A stretch of 34,859 nt of DNA from the IMG/VR virus record IMGVR_UViG_3300042342_000059, positions 1-34,859 of that record. One strand, written 5' to 3'. Position numbers and translations under genes: made by a program. This document shows, piece by piece, positions 24,035 through 33,306 of the stretch. Origin of the DNA: a virus. Its lineage: Duplodnaviria; Caudoviricetes. How positions within the stretch are numbered: the stretch's first letter is position 1; each line of letters starts with the position of its first letter. A model generated the notes under the pieces. That model was not told where the DNA came from. It did not search any database and saw nothing but the letters and a program-made list of their open reading frames with translations.

Positions 24035-27000
24035 TAGGCAAAAAAATTAACCAATTAGCTACCGAGTTAGCGCCAGTTAGTACCGATTTAACTATTATAG
24101 GAGACCCGATTAGTGGAGTAAGTAAGAAGATTACACTTGCACAATTAGGGGCTATATTTAGCGGTGCAGTTTCGTTTTATACTGACTTAGCTTCGTTCCC
24201 TGCAACGGGCGATATTAACGTTATCTATTGCGCTAAAGACACGCAGAAACTATACTTATGGAGTGGTTCGGCTTATGTAGAAGTATTCCCTTCACAAGCA
24301 CTTTTAGATACTTATCAATTAAGAAGTGAGAAGGGCAACGCTAATGGTTATGCTTCTTTAGATAGTGGCGGTAAGGTTCCTATAAGTCAGTTGCCGAGTT
24401 CTATTATGGAATACAAAGGAACTTGGAACGCATCTACTAACACCCCTACACTTGCAAACGGAACAGGAGACACGGGAGATGTTTATATTTGTAATGTAGC
24501 AGGAACAGTAAACTTTGGAGCTGGTGCGATTACTTTTGCGGTTGGCGATTATGTGATCTATTCAGGAAGTATTTGGCAGCGTTCAAGCGGTGCGGTTGGT
24601 ACAGTAACAAGCGTAGCATTAACAGTTGGTGGCGATGCGATAAGCGTATCTGGTAGCCCTTTAACAACATCGGGAACTTTAGCTTTAGCATTTAGCGGTA
24701 CTACATCACAATACATTCGTGGTAATGGTACACTTGCTAACTTTCCTACTTCTTTAGTTTCAGGTAGCGGAACTGCAAACAGGCTTACTAAATGGAGTTC
24801 TACAAGTGGCGAAATTGTTAATAGTAATATTTTAGATACAGGAATTACTATTACAAACCTTAACGCAACTGCGGACTTTTTCTCTTGTCAATTTAACGGA
24901 AATCCAACAACAGGTCGCTCTTATGGAGTTTTAATTGCCGCAGGTAGTAATGCAAGCGATATTGCTTTTAGAATTGAAGACGTAAGTAGTTCAAGCGTTT
25001 ACTTTTATGTGTGGGGAGATGGGCGAGTACAGATTAACAACATACCAAACGCTACTACTGACACAGATAGATTTTTAGTAAGTGATAGCGGAGTTATTAA
25101 ATACAGAACGGGTGCTGAGTTATTAAGCGACATTGGTGGTGCAAGTGCAACTGGTTACGTTCCGTACACGGGCGCAACTGCTAACTTAGATTTAGGAACG
25201 CATACTTTAATTGCTGCTAAAGGTACTTTTTCAAGTTCTGGTAGTGGCGATACTGTTGGTATAACACATTCAAGCGGTAGTGGTATTGCTTTAAATATTA
25301 CAAAGGGTGGTAATGGCGAAGGCTTATACATAAACAAGACAAGCGGTTCGGGTAACGCTGCGACAATCATAGGCACTTTAAACGCAACTACTTTAGTTAA
25401 GTCGGGCGGTACATCTTCGGAGTTTTTAAAAGCCGATGGTAGTGTAGATAGCACATCATACGGCACGGGTTCGGTAACCTCGGTAGGCTTATCTTCTGCA
25501 ACAAGCGGAGTAACTATTGGCTCTACACCAATTACAACAAGTGGAACTATTACTTTAGCTATTGCTACTGCAAGTGGTTCTCAGCAAGGTTTATTATCAA
25601 GCACCGATTGGACTACGTTTAATTCAAAGCAAAACGCTTTAACCAATCCGGTAACAGGTACAGGTACTACTAACTACCTACCTAAGTTTACAGGTACAAG
25701 TACAATAGGCAATAGTATTGTACAAGACAATGGTTCTGCAATTACTATTGCAGGAAATGTTGGTGTAAATGGAAGTCCGGGAACATCATTCCCATTAGAA
25801 GCATATATCAATAGTTCAACGGCATATACAACATCTTCAAGAGGTAATGTTATGCGTGTATATAATTCTAATACAGGTGCTAATATTTTTGCAGGTATTG
25901 AATTAGGTGGAGCGGGAACTGCTAACGATGGACTTGCAGGATTAAACGGAGTTGTAACAGGTAGCGGAAGTGCAGCACTTACATTTTATACAAGAAACTC
26001 AAATACGTTTGCTGAGAAAATGCGTCTTGACGCTTCAGGCAATTTAGGGCTTGGAGTAACCCCAAGTGCGTGGGCGAGTGGTTATAAAGTAGCACAATAT
26101 CAAGGAGGATTTTTAGGCTCTGATGGAACTTCATATATCTATTTTGGGCAAAATGCTTATAGTGATGGAACTTTTAAGTATTTAGCAAATGGGTTAGCTA
26201 CAATATACGCCCAAGATGCAGGTAAATATATTTGGTATCAAGCTCCTTCAGGAACGGCAGGTAACGCTATATCCTTTACCCAAGCAATGACGTTAGATGC
26301 GAGTGGGAATTTAATGGTGGGAACAACAAGTCCTGTAACCTTTAGCGGATATAAAACATTATCTGTAAATGGTTCAAGTGGTGCTTCTTTTGTTACAATG
26401 GCAAATGGTACTTCTGCTATTAGGCTTATTAGTAGTACTACCGATAGTGCAGTATGGGAGCCGAGAAACGTAGATATGTTATTTGCTACTAACAACACTA
26501 CACGTCTTACAATAGCCTCTACAGGAGCAGCTACATTTAGTGGGAATCTTAATGTAACAGTACCTAATACACCGGAAGTATTTTTAACTCACTCTAATAC
26601 AAGTAGAACGTTCTTAATGGCAGTTGATGGTAGCAATGCTTTTTTTAGAGCAAATTCTACCAATAATATTTTGTTTCAAGTAGCAGGTGGTACAAATGTT
26701 ATGGCATTAACATCGGCAGGTAACGTAGGTATAGGTAACACAAATCCAGATAGTTATAGTTCTGCTGCAAATACATTAGTAATTGGAACAACAAGTGGTA
26801 ATAAAGGAATGACTATTGCTTCTGGAAATACATCTTATGGGGGAATATATTTTGCAGATGGTACAACTGGTAATGAGGCATATAGAGGATTTGTAGAATA
26901 TGGACATAGTGCTGATTCTTTAAATTTTGGTACAGCCGCAGCCGAACGTATGCGCATAACCTCGGGGGGTTCGGTTTGTATTGGTGTAACAAGTCCAACC

Positions 27001-27423
27001 AATAGCCAAGGTCTTTTTGTGTATCGTTCTAATTTTGCTGCTGCATTTCAAACCGATGCTGGTACTGGTCAAGAAGCAATAAGATTTTTTAATGGCTCAA
27101 CCGCAGTTGGAACTATTGCTACAACATCATCTTCAACCGCTTACAATACATCTTCTGACTATCGTCTAAAACAAGACCTTAAGGACTTCAACGGACTTGA
27201 TTTATTATCTAAGATTAAGACATACGATTACGAATGGAAGGCAGACAAAACCCGTTCTTATGGTGTTATTGCTCACGAATTACAATCAGTAATTAACTAT
27301 GCAGTAACAGGAGTAAAAGACGGAAAGGAAATGCAAGGTGTAGATTATAGCAAAATAGTTCCCGTACTTATTAAAGCAATTCAAGAGCAACAAACACAAA
27401 TTGAACAATTAAAAAACAAATAA
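24031..27423 (+). CDS. Tail fibre/spike with C-terminal intramolecular chaperone (peptidase S74)
   Basis: G/S/T-rich modular repeats; YNTSSDYRLK..GVIAHEL..VDYSKIVPVLIKAIQE. Confidence 0.9.
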   Translation: MIGKKINQLATELAPVSTDLTIIGDPISGVSKKITLAQLGAIFSGAVSFYTDLASFPATGDINVIYCAKDTQKLYLWSGSAYVEVFPSQALLDTYQLRSEKGNANGYASLDSGGKVPISQLPSSIMEYKGTWNASTNTPTLANGTGDTGDVYICNVAGTVNFGAGAITFAVGDYVIYSGSIWQRSSGAVGTVTSVALTVGGDAISVSGSPLTTSGTLALAFSGTTSQYIRGNGTLANFPTSLVSGSGTANRLTKWSSTSGEIVNSNILDTGITITNLNATADFFSCQFNGNPTTGRSYGVLIAAGSNASDIAFRIEDVSSSSVYFYVWGDGRVQINNIPNATTDTDRFLVSDSGVIKYRTGAELLSDIGGASATGYVPYTGATANLDLGTHTLIAAKGTFSSSGSGDTVGITHSSGSGIALNITKGGNGEGLYINKTSGSGNAATIIGTLNATTLVKSGGTSSEFLKADGSVDSTSYGTGSVTSVGLSSATSGVTIGSTPITTSGTITLAIATASGSQQGLLSSTDWTTFNSKQNALTNPVTGTGTTNYLPKFTGTSTIGNSIVQDNGSAITIAGNVGVNGSPGTSFPLEAYINSSTAYTTSSRGNVMRVYNSNTGANIFAGIELGGAGTANDGLAGLNGVVTGSGSAALTFYTRNSNTFAEKMRLDASGNLGLGVTPSAWASGYKVAQYQGGFLGSDGTSYIYFGQNAYSDGTFKYLANGLATIYAQDAGKYIWYQAPSGTAGNAISFTQAMTLDASGNLMVGTTSPVTFSGYKTLSVNGSSGASFVTMANGTSAIRLISSTTDSAVWEPRNVDMLFATNNTTRLTIASTGAATFSGNLNVTVPNTPEVFLTHSNTSRTFLMAVDGSNAFFRANSTNNILFQVAGGTNVMALTSAGNVGIGNTNPDSYSSAANTLVIGTTSGNKGMTIASGNTSYGGIYFADGTTGNEAYRGFVEYGHSADSLNFGTAAAERMRITSGGSVCIGVTSPTNSQGLFVYRSNFAAAFQTDAGTGQEAIRFFNGSTAVGTIATTSSSTAYNTSSDYRLKQDLKDFNGLDLLSKIKTYDYEWKADKTRSYGVIAHELQSVINYAVTGVKDGKEMQGVDYSKIVPVLIKAIQEQQTQIEQLKNK

Positions 27424-27424
27424 T

Positions 27425-27742
27425 ATGACAACTTTTAAATGGGTAGTATCACAAATGGACACCGCACCAAGCGAAGATGGTTTAACCGATGTAGTAAAAG
27501 TAATACATTGGAGATACGAAGGCAAAGACGGAGAGTACACCGCAGAAGTGTACGGGGCAATGGCTTGTGCTACACCTTCGGAAACTGACTTTACTGCTTA
27601 CGAAGATTTGACTTATGAGCAAGTATGCGAATGGTTAGTTGCAGGTAACAATGTAGAAGCTATGGAGTTAAACTTAGATACTCAAATCGAGAACCTTAAG
27701 AACCCACCCATTGTAAATTTGCCACTACCTTGGATTAACTAA
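27425..27742 (+). CDS. Tail-fibre-associated acidic protein
   Basis: VVKVIHWR..DFTAYEDLTYEQVCEW..LPLPW, directly after the fibre gene. Confidence 0.55.
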   Translation: MTTFKWVVSQMDTAPSEDGLTDVVKVIHWRYEGKDGEYTAEVYGAMACATPSETDFTAYEDLTYEQVCEWLVAGNNVEAMELNLDTQIENLKNPPIVNLPLPWIN

Positions 27743-27771
27743 AACTATATATCTTTACCAAAATTTAAACA

Positions 27772-28266
27772 ATGAAAGCAATTCCAGGTTATCCAAACTA
27801 TTCCATAAGTAAAGAAGGGATAGTATATAATACCAAAAAGAATAAACAATTAAAGCCTGTTTTATCTAATGTAGGCTATCTAAAAGTTACTCTTTGTAAT
27901 AATGGATCAACAAAAGATTTTAGTTTACATAGGCTTATTGGAATTGCATTTATAGAAAACCCTAACAACTATCCTATGATTAATCATAAAAATGGGGTAA
28001 AATCTGATAATAGATTAGAGAATTTAGAATGGTGTTCTGCAAGTCAAAACATACAACACGCATTTGATAATGGATTAAAGAAGTCAACAGAAAGACATAA
28101 ATTGAAAACTATTGAGAAACTTTCTAAACCTGTTATCGATACACAAACAGGCATTTTTTATAGTTCTGCAAGAGAGGCTGCAAAGTTATTAGGGTTAAAT
28201 AGAAATACATTATACGGATATTTATTAGGGAACAATCCAAACAAAACATCATTAATTTACGCTTAA
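27772..28266 (+). mobile_element. Free-standing NUMOD4-HNH homing endonuclease with NUMOD1-like C-terminus
   Basis: IPGYPNYSISKEG, LHRLIGIAFIENP..INHKNGVKSDNRLENLEWC..NIQHA, FYSSAREAAKLLG. Confidence 0.88.
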
Positions 28267-28276
28267 AACAACAAAA

Positions 28277-28663
28277 ATGAAGTACAAGCAACTATTACAA
28301 CTTGTCGGTAACTTAAACGCAGTTATTGGCAGTCAGGAAACGAAAACGGCTAAAAAGCTATTTCAAATTTACAACAAGGTAAAATCTTATCACGAAGATT
28401 ATCAAGCTGAAGTAGAAACTTTGCGTTTAGATGCAGCACAGACAGACGATAAGGACTGCTTACTACTTGATGAGAAAGGAAATTATCGCTACTCAAAAGA
28501 AGGCATCAAGAAACTTACTAAAGATATTGAAGCCTTAAATGATAAAGAATTTGATTTTCAAATAATTAACGTAGTGAACCCAGCAAACCTTGAGGACTTT
28601 ACATTCTTACAAGATTGGGTAACTGGCGTAGAATTTAACAAACAAGAAGAAGAAGAACTATAA
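28277..28663 (+). CDS. Hypothetical helical protein
   Basis: A-rich start; lies between the tail and lysis genes. Confidence 0.6.
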   Translation: MKYKQLLQLVGNLNAVIGSQETKTAKKLFQIYNKVKSYHEDYQAEVETLRLDAAQTDDKDCLLLDEKGNYRYSKEGIKKLTKDIEALNDKEFDFQIINVVNPANLEDFTFLQDWVTGVEFNKQEEEEL

Positions 28664-28834
28664 ATGGAAAATAACCACCAAGCAGACCAATCAACAATCG
28701 TATCTTTAGTTAGTGCTACTATTAGCATTACAAGTATTCAACCACTATTCACATTGATTGCGAGTTTGGTGGCTATTGTTTCTGGTGGTATGGCTATTAG
28801 ATACTATTACAAAATGACCAAAAAGCTTAAATGA
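28664..28834 (+). CDS. 56-aa holin/antiholin-like membrane protein (absent from the ORF track)
   Basis: MENNHQADQSTIVSLVSATISITSIQPLFTLIASLVAIVSGGMAIRYYYKMTKKLK; hydrophobic with basic tail; ATGA-coupled. Confidence 0.6.
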   Translation: MENNHQADQSTIVSLVSATISITSIQPLFTLIASLVAIVSGGMAIRYYYKMTKKLK

Positions 28835-29262
28835 GATTAATACTTTTAGCCTTATTACTTACTTCGTGCGCCTCAGTTAAGAAGGCTACCGATAAATTAG
28901 ATAGCACTGTTGTTAAAACTTTTGACTCGGTGCGTGTTATCGTTTTAGATAGCGTAACTAAAATAGTAGAAAAGGAAGAGTATTTTACCAAAACCATTAC
29001 TTACTACGATACTTTGTGGGTTACTAAGGATAGTATGATAACAATTCCTAAGTACACGGAAACCTACACAAGAGGCACAAAAGAGAAACAAACGGATAGT
29101 AAGCAGACCAAGACGGACTCAATGGCTCTAAATCGCACAGAAAGTACTCAAATTTCGAAGATAACTAAAACTAAGGATAAGTCCTTTAGCGAATTTTATA
29201 AGGCTCTAATCGCGCTTATATTGATAATTACGCTAATCTTATTCTTTTGGAAAAGAAAATAA
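28831..29262 (+). CDS. Lipoprotein with C-terminal TM helix (unimolecular-spanin architecture)
   Basis: MRLILLALLLTS-C lipobox, Thr/Val-rich middle, ALIALILIITLILFFWKRK. Confidence 0.65.
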   Translation: MRLILLALLLTSCASVKKATDKLDSTVVKTFDSVRVIVLDSVTKIVEKEEYFTKTITYYDTLWVTKDSMITIPKYTETYTRGTKEKQTDSKQTKTDSMALNRTESTQISKITKTKDKSFSEFYKALIALILIITLILFFWKRK

Positions 29263-29263
29263 T

Positions 29264-29536
29264 ATGGCAAAAGCAGCAAGAAGCGTAAACGTATCGACTA
29301 ACCCGTTACCGATTTCATTCAAAGAGTTCAGCAAAAACCCTGTTGTCGGTATGCTATTTTTATGTATCTGCGGTATTAGTTACCTCTATATTGACAACGC
29401 AAAGAACAACAATAAGCAGGACGAAAAGATAGGTGCTTTGTATGAAATGGTGCGTAAGAGTGATAGCAGCAACGCAGCAAGTACGGCTCGTTTGGAAATG
29501 GCAGTAGACCTAAAGGCACTTAAAAGCTTTAAGTAA
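29264..29536 (+). CDS. Single-TM membrane protein of the lysis cassette
   Basis: PVVGMLFLCICGISYLYI followed by a short helical domain. Confidence 0.55.
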   Translation: MAKAARSVNVSTNPLPISFKEFSKNPVVGMLFLCICGISYLYIDNAKNNNKQDEKIGALYEMVRKSDSSNAASTARLEMAVDLKALKSFK

Positions 29537-29826
29537 TGCGTTATTTATTACTGGTTGCTTTGATAGGTTGCGGAACTAAAACCGATAATAAAATCAAAGA
29601 GTTGCAAGACAAAGTAAAAGAAAGCCAGGTGCAAAGTGAAGCGGTGCAGGGTGTGGCATCTGAGGATAACAAGAAGGTAATTACTAAGACAGTAAAAACT
29701 ATTGTTACTTTAAAGCAAGAAGTAAAAGAATTAAAAACGGAACTAAATGAAGTTAAGGCTAAATTGGACTCCGCTAATTCTGTTGATACTAATAGCACCA
29801 AGTTTCAGCTTCGCCCAATACGTTAA
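29536..29826 (+). CDS. Coiled-coil lipoprotein (spanin-like)
   Basis: MRYLLLVALIG-C lipobox; heptads LKQEVKELKTELNEVKAKL. Confidence 0.55.
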   Translation: MRYLLLVALIGCGTKTDNKIKELQDKVKESQVQSEAVQGVASEDNKKVITKTVKTIVTLKQEVKELKTELNEVKAKLDSANSVDTNSTKFQLRPIR

Positions 29827-30187
29827 GAAGATAGGTGGCGAAGATAAGATTGTTATTAGTAAAGCAGAAGGCGAAAAGATAAACGCTGCGTTTGATAGCG
29901 TGAGCAATTTAGTTACATTAAGAGAAGCCCGTATTGATAGCTTACTAAGGGCAAACATCAAAACAAGGGATAGCTTTCGCATTGACTTACTTACTTTAAA
30001 AGACACCCTTACCCAACGCAATAAAATAGTAAACGATACGTTAAACGACTATCGTAATAGGTATTATAAAAACATAGCTATTTACGAGAAGTACGAGAAG
30101 GCAGTAGATTTTGAAATAAAACTTCATAGGCTTAACTCAGTTTTGTTTGCTATGCTAACATTATTTCTTTACTCACAAATAAATTAA
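29747..30187 (+). CDS. Exported helical protein with C-terminal hydrophobic anchor (spanin-like)
   Basis: Signal-like LILLILIAPSFSFA-Q; C-terminal SVLFAMLTLFLY; overlaps the lipoprotein gene by 80 nt. Confidence 0.5.
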   Translation: MKLRLNWTPLILLILIAPSFSFAQYVKKIGGEDKIVISKAEGEKINAAFDSVSNLVTLREARIDSLLRANIKTRDSFRIDLLTLKDTLTQRNKIVNDTLNDYRNRYYKNIAIYEKYEKAVDFEIKLHRLNSVLFAMLTLFLYSQIN

Positions 30188-30188
30188 A

Positions 30189-30788
30189 ATGAATTTAGAA
30201 GCACTATCAACAAAGATACCTGCAAATGTATTAGAGCAGATACCTCAAATTACTGAAAAGTTTGGCTTAAATAGTAATATTAGGTTAGCACATTTTTTAT
30301 CTCAATGTGCACACGAAAGCGGTAACTTCAAAGCCGTTACTGAAAATCTTAACTATGGTGCTAAAGGACTTAGGTCTATTTTTGGAAAATACTTTAAAGA
30401 TGATGCTATTGCAAATGCTTATGAAAGGAAGCCTGAGAAGATAGCCAATAGGGTTTACAGTTCAAGAATGGGTAACGGAGACGAAGCAAGTGGGGACGGC
30501 TGGAAATTTAGAGGTCGTGGCTATATTCAATTAACAGGCAAAGATAATTACACCCAGTTTGACAAATCGGTTGAAGATGATATTTTAGCTAACCCAGATT
30601 TAGTGGCTACAAAATTCCCTTTGATGTCTGCTGCTTTCTTTTTTGAGAGAAACAACCTATGGAAAATTTGCGATGGCGGTGCTGACAAAGAAGATGTTAT
30701 TGCTCTTACAAAGCGCATCAATGGGGGAACTCACGGACTTGAAGACAGATTAACAAAATTCGCTTTATTCAATTCTTTACTAAAATAA
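30189..30788 (+). CDS. Endolysin, glycoside hydrolase family 19
   Basis: RLAHFLSQCAHESG, ENLNY, GDGWKFRGRGYIQLTGKDNY, TKRINGGTHGLEDR. Confidence 0.92.
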   Translation: MNLEALSTKIPANVLEQIPQITEKFGLNSNIRLAHFLSQCAHESGNFKAVTENLNYGAKGLRSIFGKYFKDDAIANAYERKPEKIANRVYSSRMGNGDEASGDGWKFRGRGYIQLTGKDNYTQFDKSVEDDILANPDLVATKFPLMSAAFFFERNNLWKICDGGADKEDVIALTKRINGGTHGLEDRLTKFALFNSLLK

Positions 30789-30798
30789 AATATATACT

Positions 30799-31017
30799 AT
30801 GAAATGGTTAGCCAATTTATTAGCAGACGAAAGGGGTTCGGTATCTACAAAGCGAGTAATTGCTTTGCTATCGGCTTTATTTATCTGCATCACCTTATTA
30901 GCTAATAGCTTTACACATCAAGAGATTGCCCCTTCGGATAAGCTTGTAGATGCCGTAATGGTTATTTGCATAGCTGCTATGGGTACTACAACTATAGATA
31001 AATTCAGCCAAAAATAA
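30799..31017 (+). CDS. Putative holin (2 TM)
   Basis: SVSTKRVIALLSALFICITLL..AVMVICIAAMGTTTIDKF, after the endolysin. Confidence 0.6.
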   Translation: MKWLANLLADERGSVSTKRVIALLSALFICITLLANSFTHQEIAPSDKLVDAVMVICIAAMGTTTIDKFSQK

Positions 31018-31020
31018 ACA

Positions 31021-31755
31021 ATGCTAAAATCAAAACGCAAACGACTATTCTTTGACATCGAAACCTCTCCGAACGTTGGCTTTTTCTGGAGTGCCGGATA
31101 TAAGTTAAACATCACACCGGATAGCATAATTCAAGAACGTGCAATTATTTGCATCTGCTATAAGTGGGAAGACGAAAAAGAAGTTTACCATTTGGAATGG
31201 GATAGTAAACAGAATGACAAACGTATGCTGCAGAAGTTTATTGAAGTAGCAAACACGGCATCGGAGTTAGTAGGACACAATGGCGATAAGTTCGACTTAG
31301 CGTGGATAAGAACCCGGTGCCTATTTCACAAAATAGAAATGTTCCCTTCTTACGTTACTATCGACACGCTAAAGGTAGCAAGACAAAAGTTTAGATTTAA
31401 TAGCAACAAGCTTAACTACATAGCTGACTATTTAGGCATTGGCACTAAGATCAAAACAGAATATAGTTTATGGAAAGACATTGTTCTGCATAAGGACAAA
31501 GTAGCTATGGCTAAAATGATTAAGTACTGCCAGAAGGACGTTGTTTTATTAGAGCAAGTATTTAACGCACTTAAAAATCACATAGAACCTAAAACACATT
31601 ACGGAGTAATATTCGGACAAGACCGAGGCTCTTGCCCTGAATGTGGGAGCGATGATCTAATTATTTCACTTCGTAGAACAACCGCAACCGGAGTAAAGAA
31701 AATATCGTACAAGTGCAAAACTTGTTTTAAAATGCATAGCAAAACCGACAAATAA
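31021..31755 (+). CDS. DEDD/RNase H-like 3'-5' exonuclease with C-terminal zinc ribbon
   Basis: FFDIETSP, GHNGDKFD, IDTLK, YCQKDV; CPECGS..CKTC. Confidence 0.85.
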   Translation: MLKSKRKRLFFDIETSPNVGFFWSAGYKLNITPDSIIQERAIICICYKWEDEKEVYHLEWDSKQNDKRMLQKFIEVANTASELVGHNGDKFDLAWIRTRCLFHKIEMFPSYVTIDTLKVARQKFRFNSNKLNYIADYLGIGTKIKTEYSLWKDIVLHKDKVAMAKMIKYCQKDVVLLEQVFNALKNHIEPKTHYGVIFGQDRGSCPECGSDDLIISLRRTTATGVKKISYKCKTCFKMHSKTDK

Positions 31756-31959
31756 ATGGATAGTAAAATTCTTAGCTTAGTAATTGAAGATATGCGCAGC
31801 CGTGAGCAAGTAGGTAAAAAAAAGTACGGAACTACAATGGATCGTGAAGATTTATCGACAGGTCAATGGATAACGCATTTAAAAGAAGAACTGCAAGATG
31901 CTATCCTGTATTTGACTAAACTTGAAACTATACACAATGCGCCTCAAAAAGATATTTAG
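31756..31959 (+). CDS. Small all-alpha NTP pyrophosphohydrolase-like protein
   Basis: GKKKYGTTMDR..WITHLKEELQDAILYL (EExxD). Confidence 0.55.
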   Translation: MDSKILSLVIEDMRSREQVGKKKYGTTMDREDLSTGQWITHLKEELQDAILYLTKLETIHNAPQKDI

Positions 31960-32365
31960 CTTCGGCAATATATTAGATCGTGAAACCTACGAGCAACTTA
32001 GGGAATTAGATTATACTAACCCAAACTTTAAGGGTTGCGGAGACGAGTTCCAGTTTAACCGGGAGTGGTGGGTTATCTTAGATCAAGGGGAAATTGTATC
32101 TTATTGCGGCTCTATTTATTCCAAAGGCATTTGCATATTTAATAGAGCGTGGGTTAAAAAATCACATAGAGGTCAGGGCATACAAAGACGAATGATTAAG
32201 ACCAGGTTAAAGGCTGCATCTACTTTTTGCCATATAGCTATTACTTATACTACCTTAGACAACTTCCCTTCAGCTAATAACCTTATAGATTGCGGGTTCA
32301 AGCTATACCTACCGGAGTATTCATACGGGGGTTCTGATAAACTTTACTTTCAAAAGCTACTATAA
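31937..32365 (+). CDS. GNAT acetyltransferase
   Basis: RAWVKKSHRGQGIQRRMI acetyl-CoA motif A; NFPSANNLIDCGF motif B. Confidence 0.8.
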   Translation: MRLKKIFSFGNILDRETYEQLRELDYTNPNFKGCGDEFQFNREWWVILDQGEIVSYCGSIYSKGICIFNRAWVKKSHRGQGIQRRMIKTRLKAASTFCHIAITYTTLDNFPSANNLIDCGFKLYLPEYSYGGSDKLYFQKLL

Positions 32366-32621
32366 AGTTTCACTTTAGTACAACAAAAGGTAGTAAAACT
32401 ACTACTTTTGGCTGCATTTTACTTCCGACTTTGGCAACTTTTACCCTCACTTTTGTACGTATTTAAGTACAACTATACGTATAAATAGCACAATCTAAAG
32501 TGCAATTAAGTCGGTAATTACCATCATTACATACTATTTTTTGACATAATGTGCTATAAAATGCACATTAACTCGTGTATTTATCCTATATAAAACCCAT
32601 TATTTGCATCATTGTTGCAAA
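32363..32621. other. Non-coding array of tiled heterogeneous palindromes
   Basis: At least eight distinct dyads in about 260 bp; the largest intergenic gap in the genome. Confidence 0.7.
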
Positions 32622-32670
32622 AATAATTTATATAATTTTACACTTTGTATTGTTAATTGTAGTATATTTG
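32605..32670 (+). promoter_or_regulatory. Early promoter (-7 TATATTTG) with upstream dyad shared with 9403
   Basis: TATATTTG at 32663-32670; TGCATC-ATT-GTTGCA-AAAATAA from 32605; -33 spacing imperfect. Confidence 0.6.
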
Positions 32671-32686
32671 TTGAAACAAAACACAA

Positions 32687-32893
32687 ATGACACATTTAAC
32701 CAACTACCAGAAGTTCCAATTCGAGAGATTTGGCACTATCTTACTGCAAGACGGGAGCAGTACACAAAACCCGTATGATCCAAAATTACTGCCTAAAAAC
32801 TACGATTACGAAGATGATGATTACACCTTCACTCGTTGGGTTGAAAACAATGCAGAACTTGAACTTTTAAAAAACGAATTATATGAAGATTGA
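32687..32893 (+). CDS. Hypothetical acidic early protein
   Basis: First ORF after the promoter; AAACAAAACACAAATG leader. Confidence 0.65.
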   Translation: MTHLTNYQKFQFERFGTILLQDGSSTQNPYDPKLLPKNYDYEDDDYTFTRWVENNAELELLKNELYED

Positions 32894-33080
32894 ATTTGTA
32901 AAAGAAACTAAGCCAGACGGCACTATTTTCTACTACACTTTAGTAGATAACAAATACGATAGCGCAAGTATGTACTTAGAATACTCACAGGCTTACGAGT
33001 ATTTTTTAAGCCTAAAGAAAAGACAAGAACCTATTATCGAAATTTTAGAACACTATTCAATAGACACTCAAAACAAATAA
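32883..33080 (+). CDS. Hypothetical early protein
   Basis: Operon-style overlap with the upstream ORF. Confidence 0.6.
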   Translation: MKIEFVKETKPDGTIFYYTLVDNKYDSASMYLEYSQAYEYFLSLKKRQEPIIEILEHYSIDTQNK

Positions 33081-33082
33081 CA

Positions 33083-33304
33083 ATGGATAATCAAATACAA
33101 AACTTATTAAACTTAGGTATAAATTTAAACAAATTTTATTCTATTGAAGTTCGATCTTGCGACATAATACTACAAGGGTGGGTAACAAGTACCTTAATGA
33201 ATGATCTAAATGTATTAGGTTATGAGTTCGATTATATCAAAGAAAATAATTGGTTTCATTGTAAAAAAGGAAACGTAAGAATTGTCTTAACTTTAAACTA
33301 TTAA
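33083..33304 (+). CDS. Hypothetical early protein (AT-rich)
   Basis: Fills the gap with 2-nt spacing on both sides. Confidence 0.55.
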   Translation: MDNQIQNLLNLGINLNKFYSIEVRSCDIILQGWVTSTLMNDLNVLGYEFDYIKENNWFHCKKGNVRIVLTLNY

Positions 33305-33306
33305 TT

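Noticed and set aside
24031-27423. Diversity-generating retroelement or invertible tail fibre system
   Set aside because: No reverse transcriptase, invertase or near-identical template/variable repeat pair was seen.
27740-28280. Intron or target-site duplication around the NUMOD4-HNH gene
   Set aside because: The flanking genes are intact, the spacers are too short for an intron core, and flank similarity is only generic A-rich start context.
32363-32640. CRISPR array or tRNA in the large intergenic region
   Set aside because: There is no repeated unit with spacers and no cloverleaf or T-loop motif; the dyads all differ.
32575-32778. 67-aa ORF from the track
   Set aside because: It runs across the promoter and operator and overlaps the better-supported ORF at 32687; likely a chance AT-rich frame.
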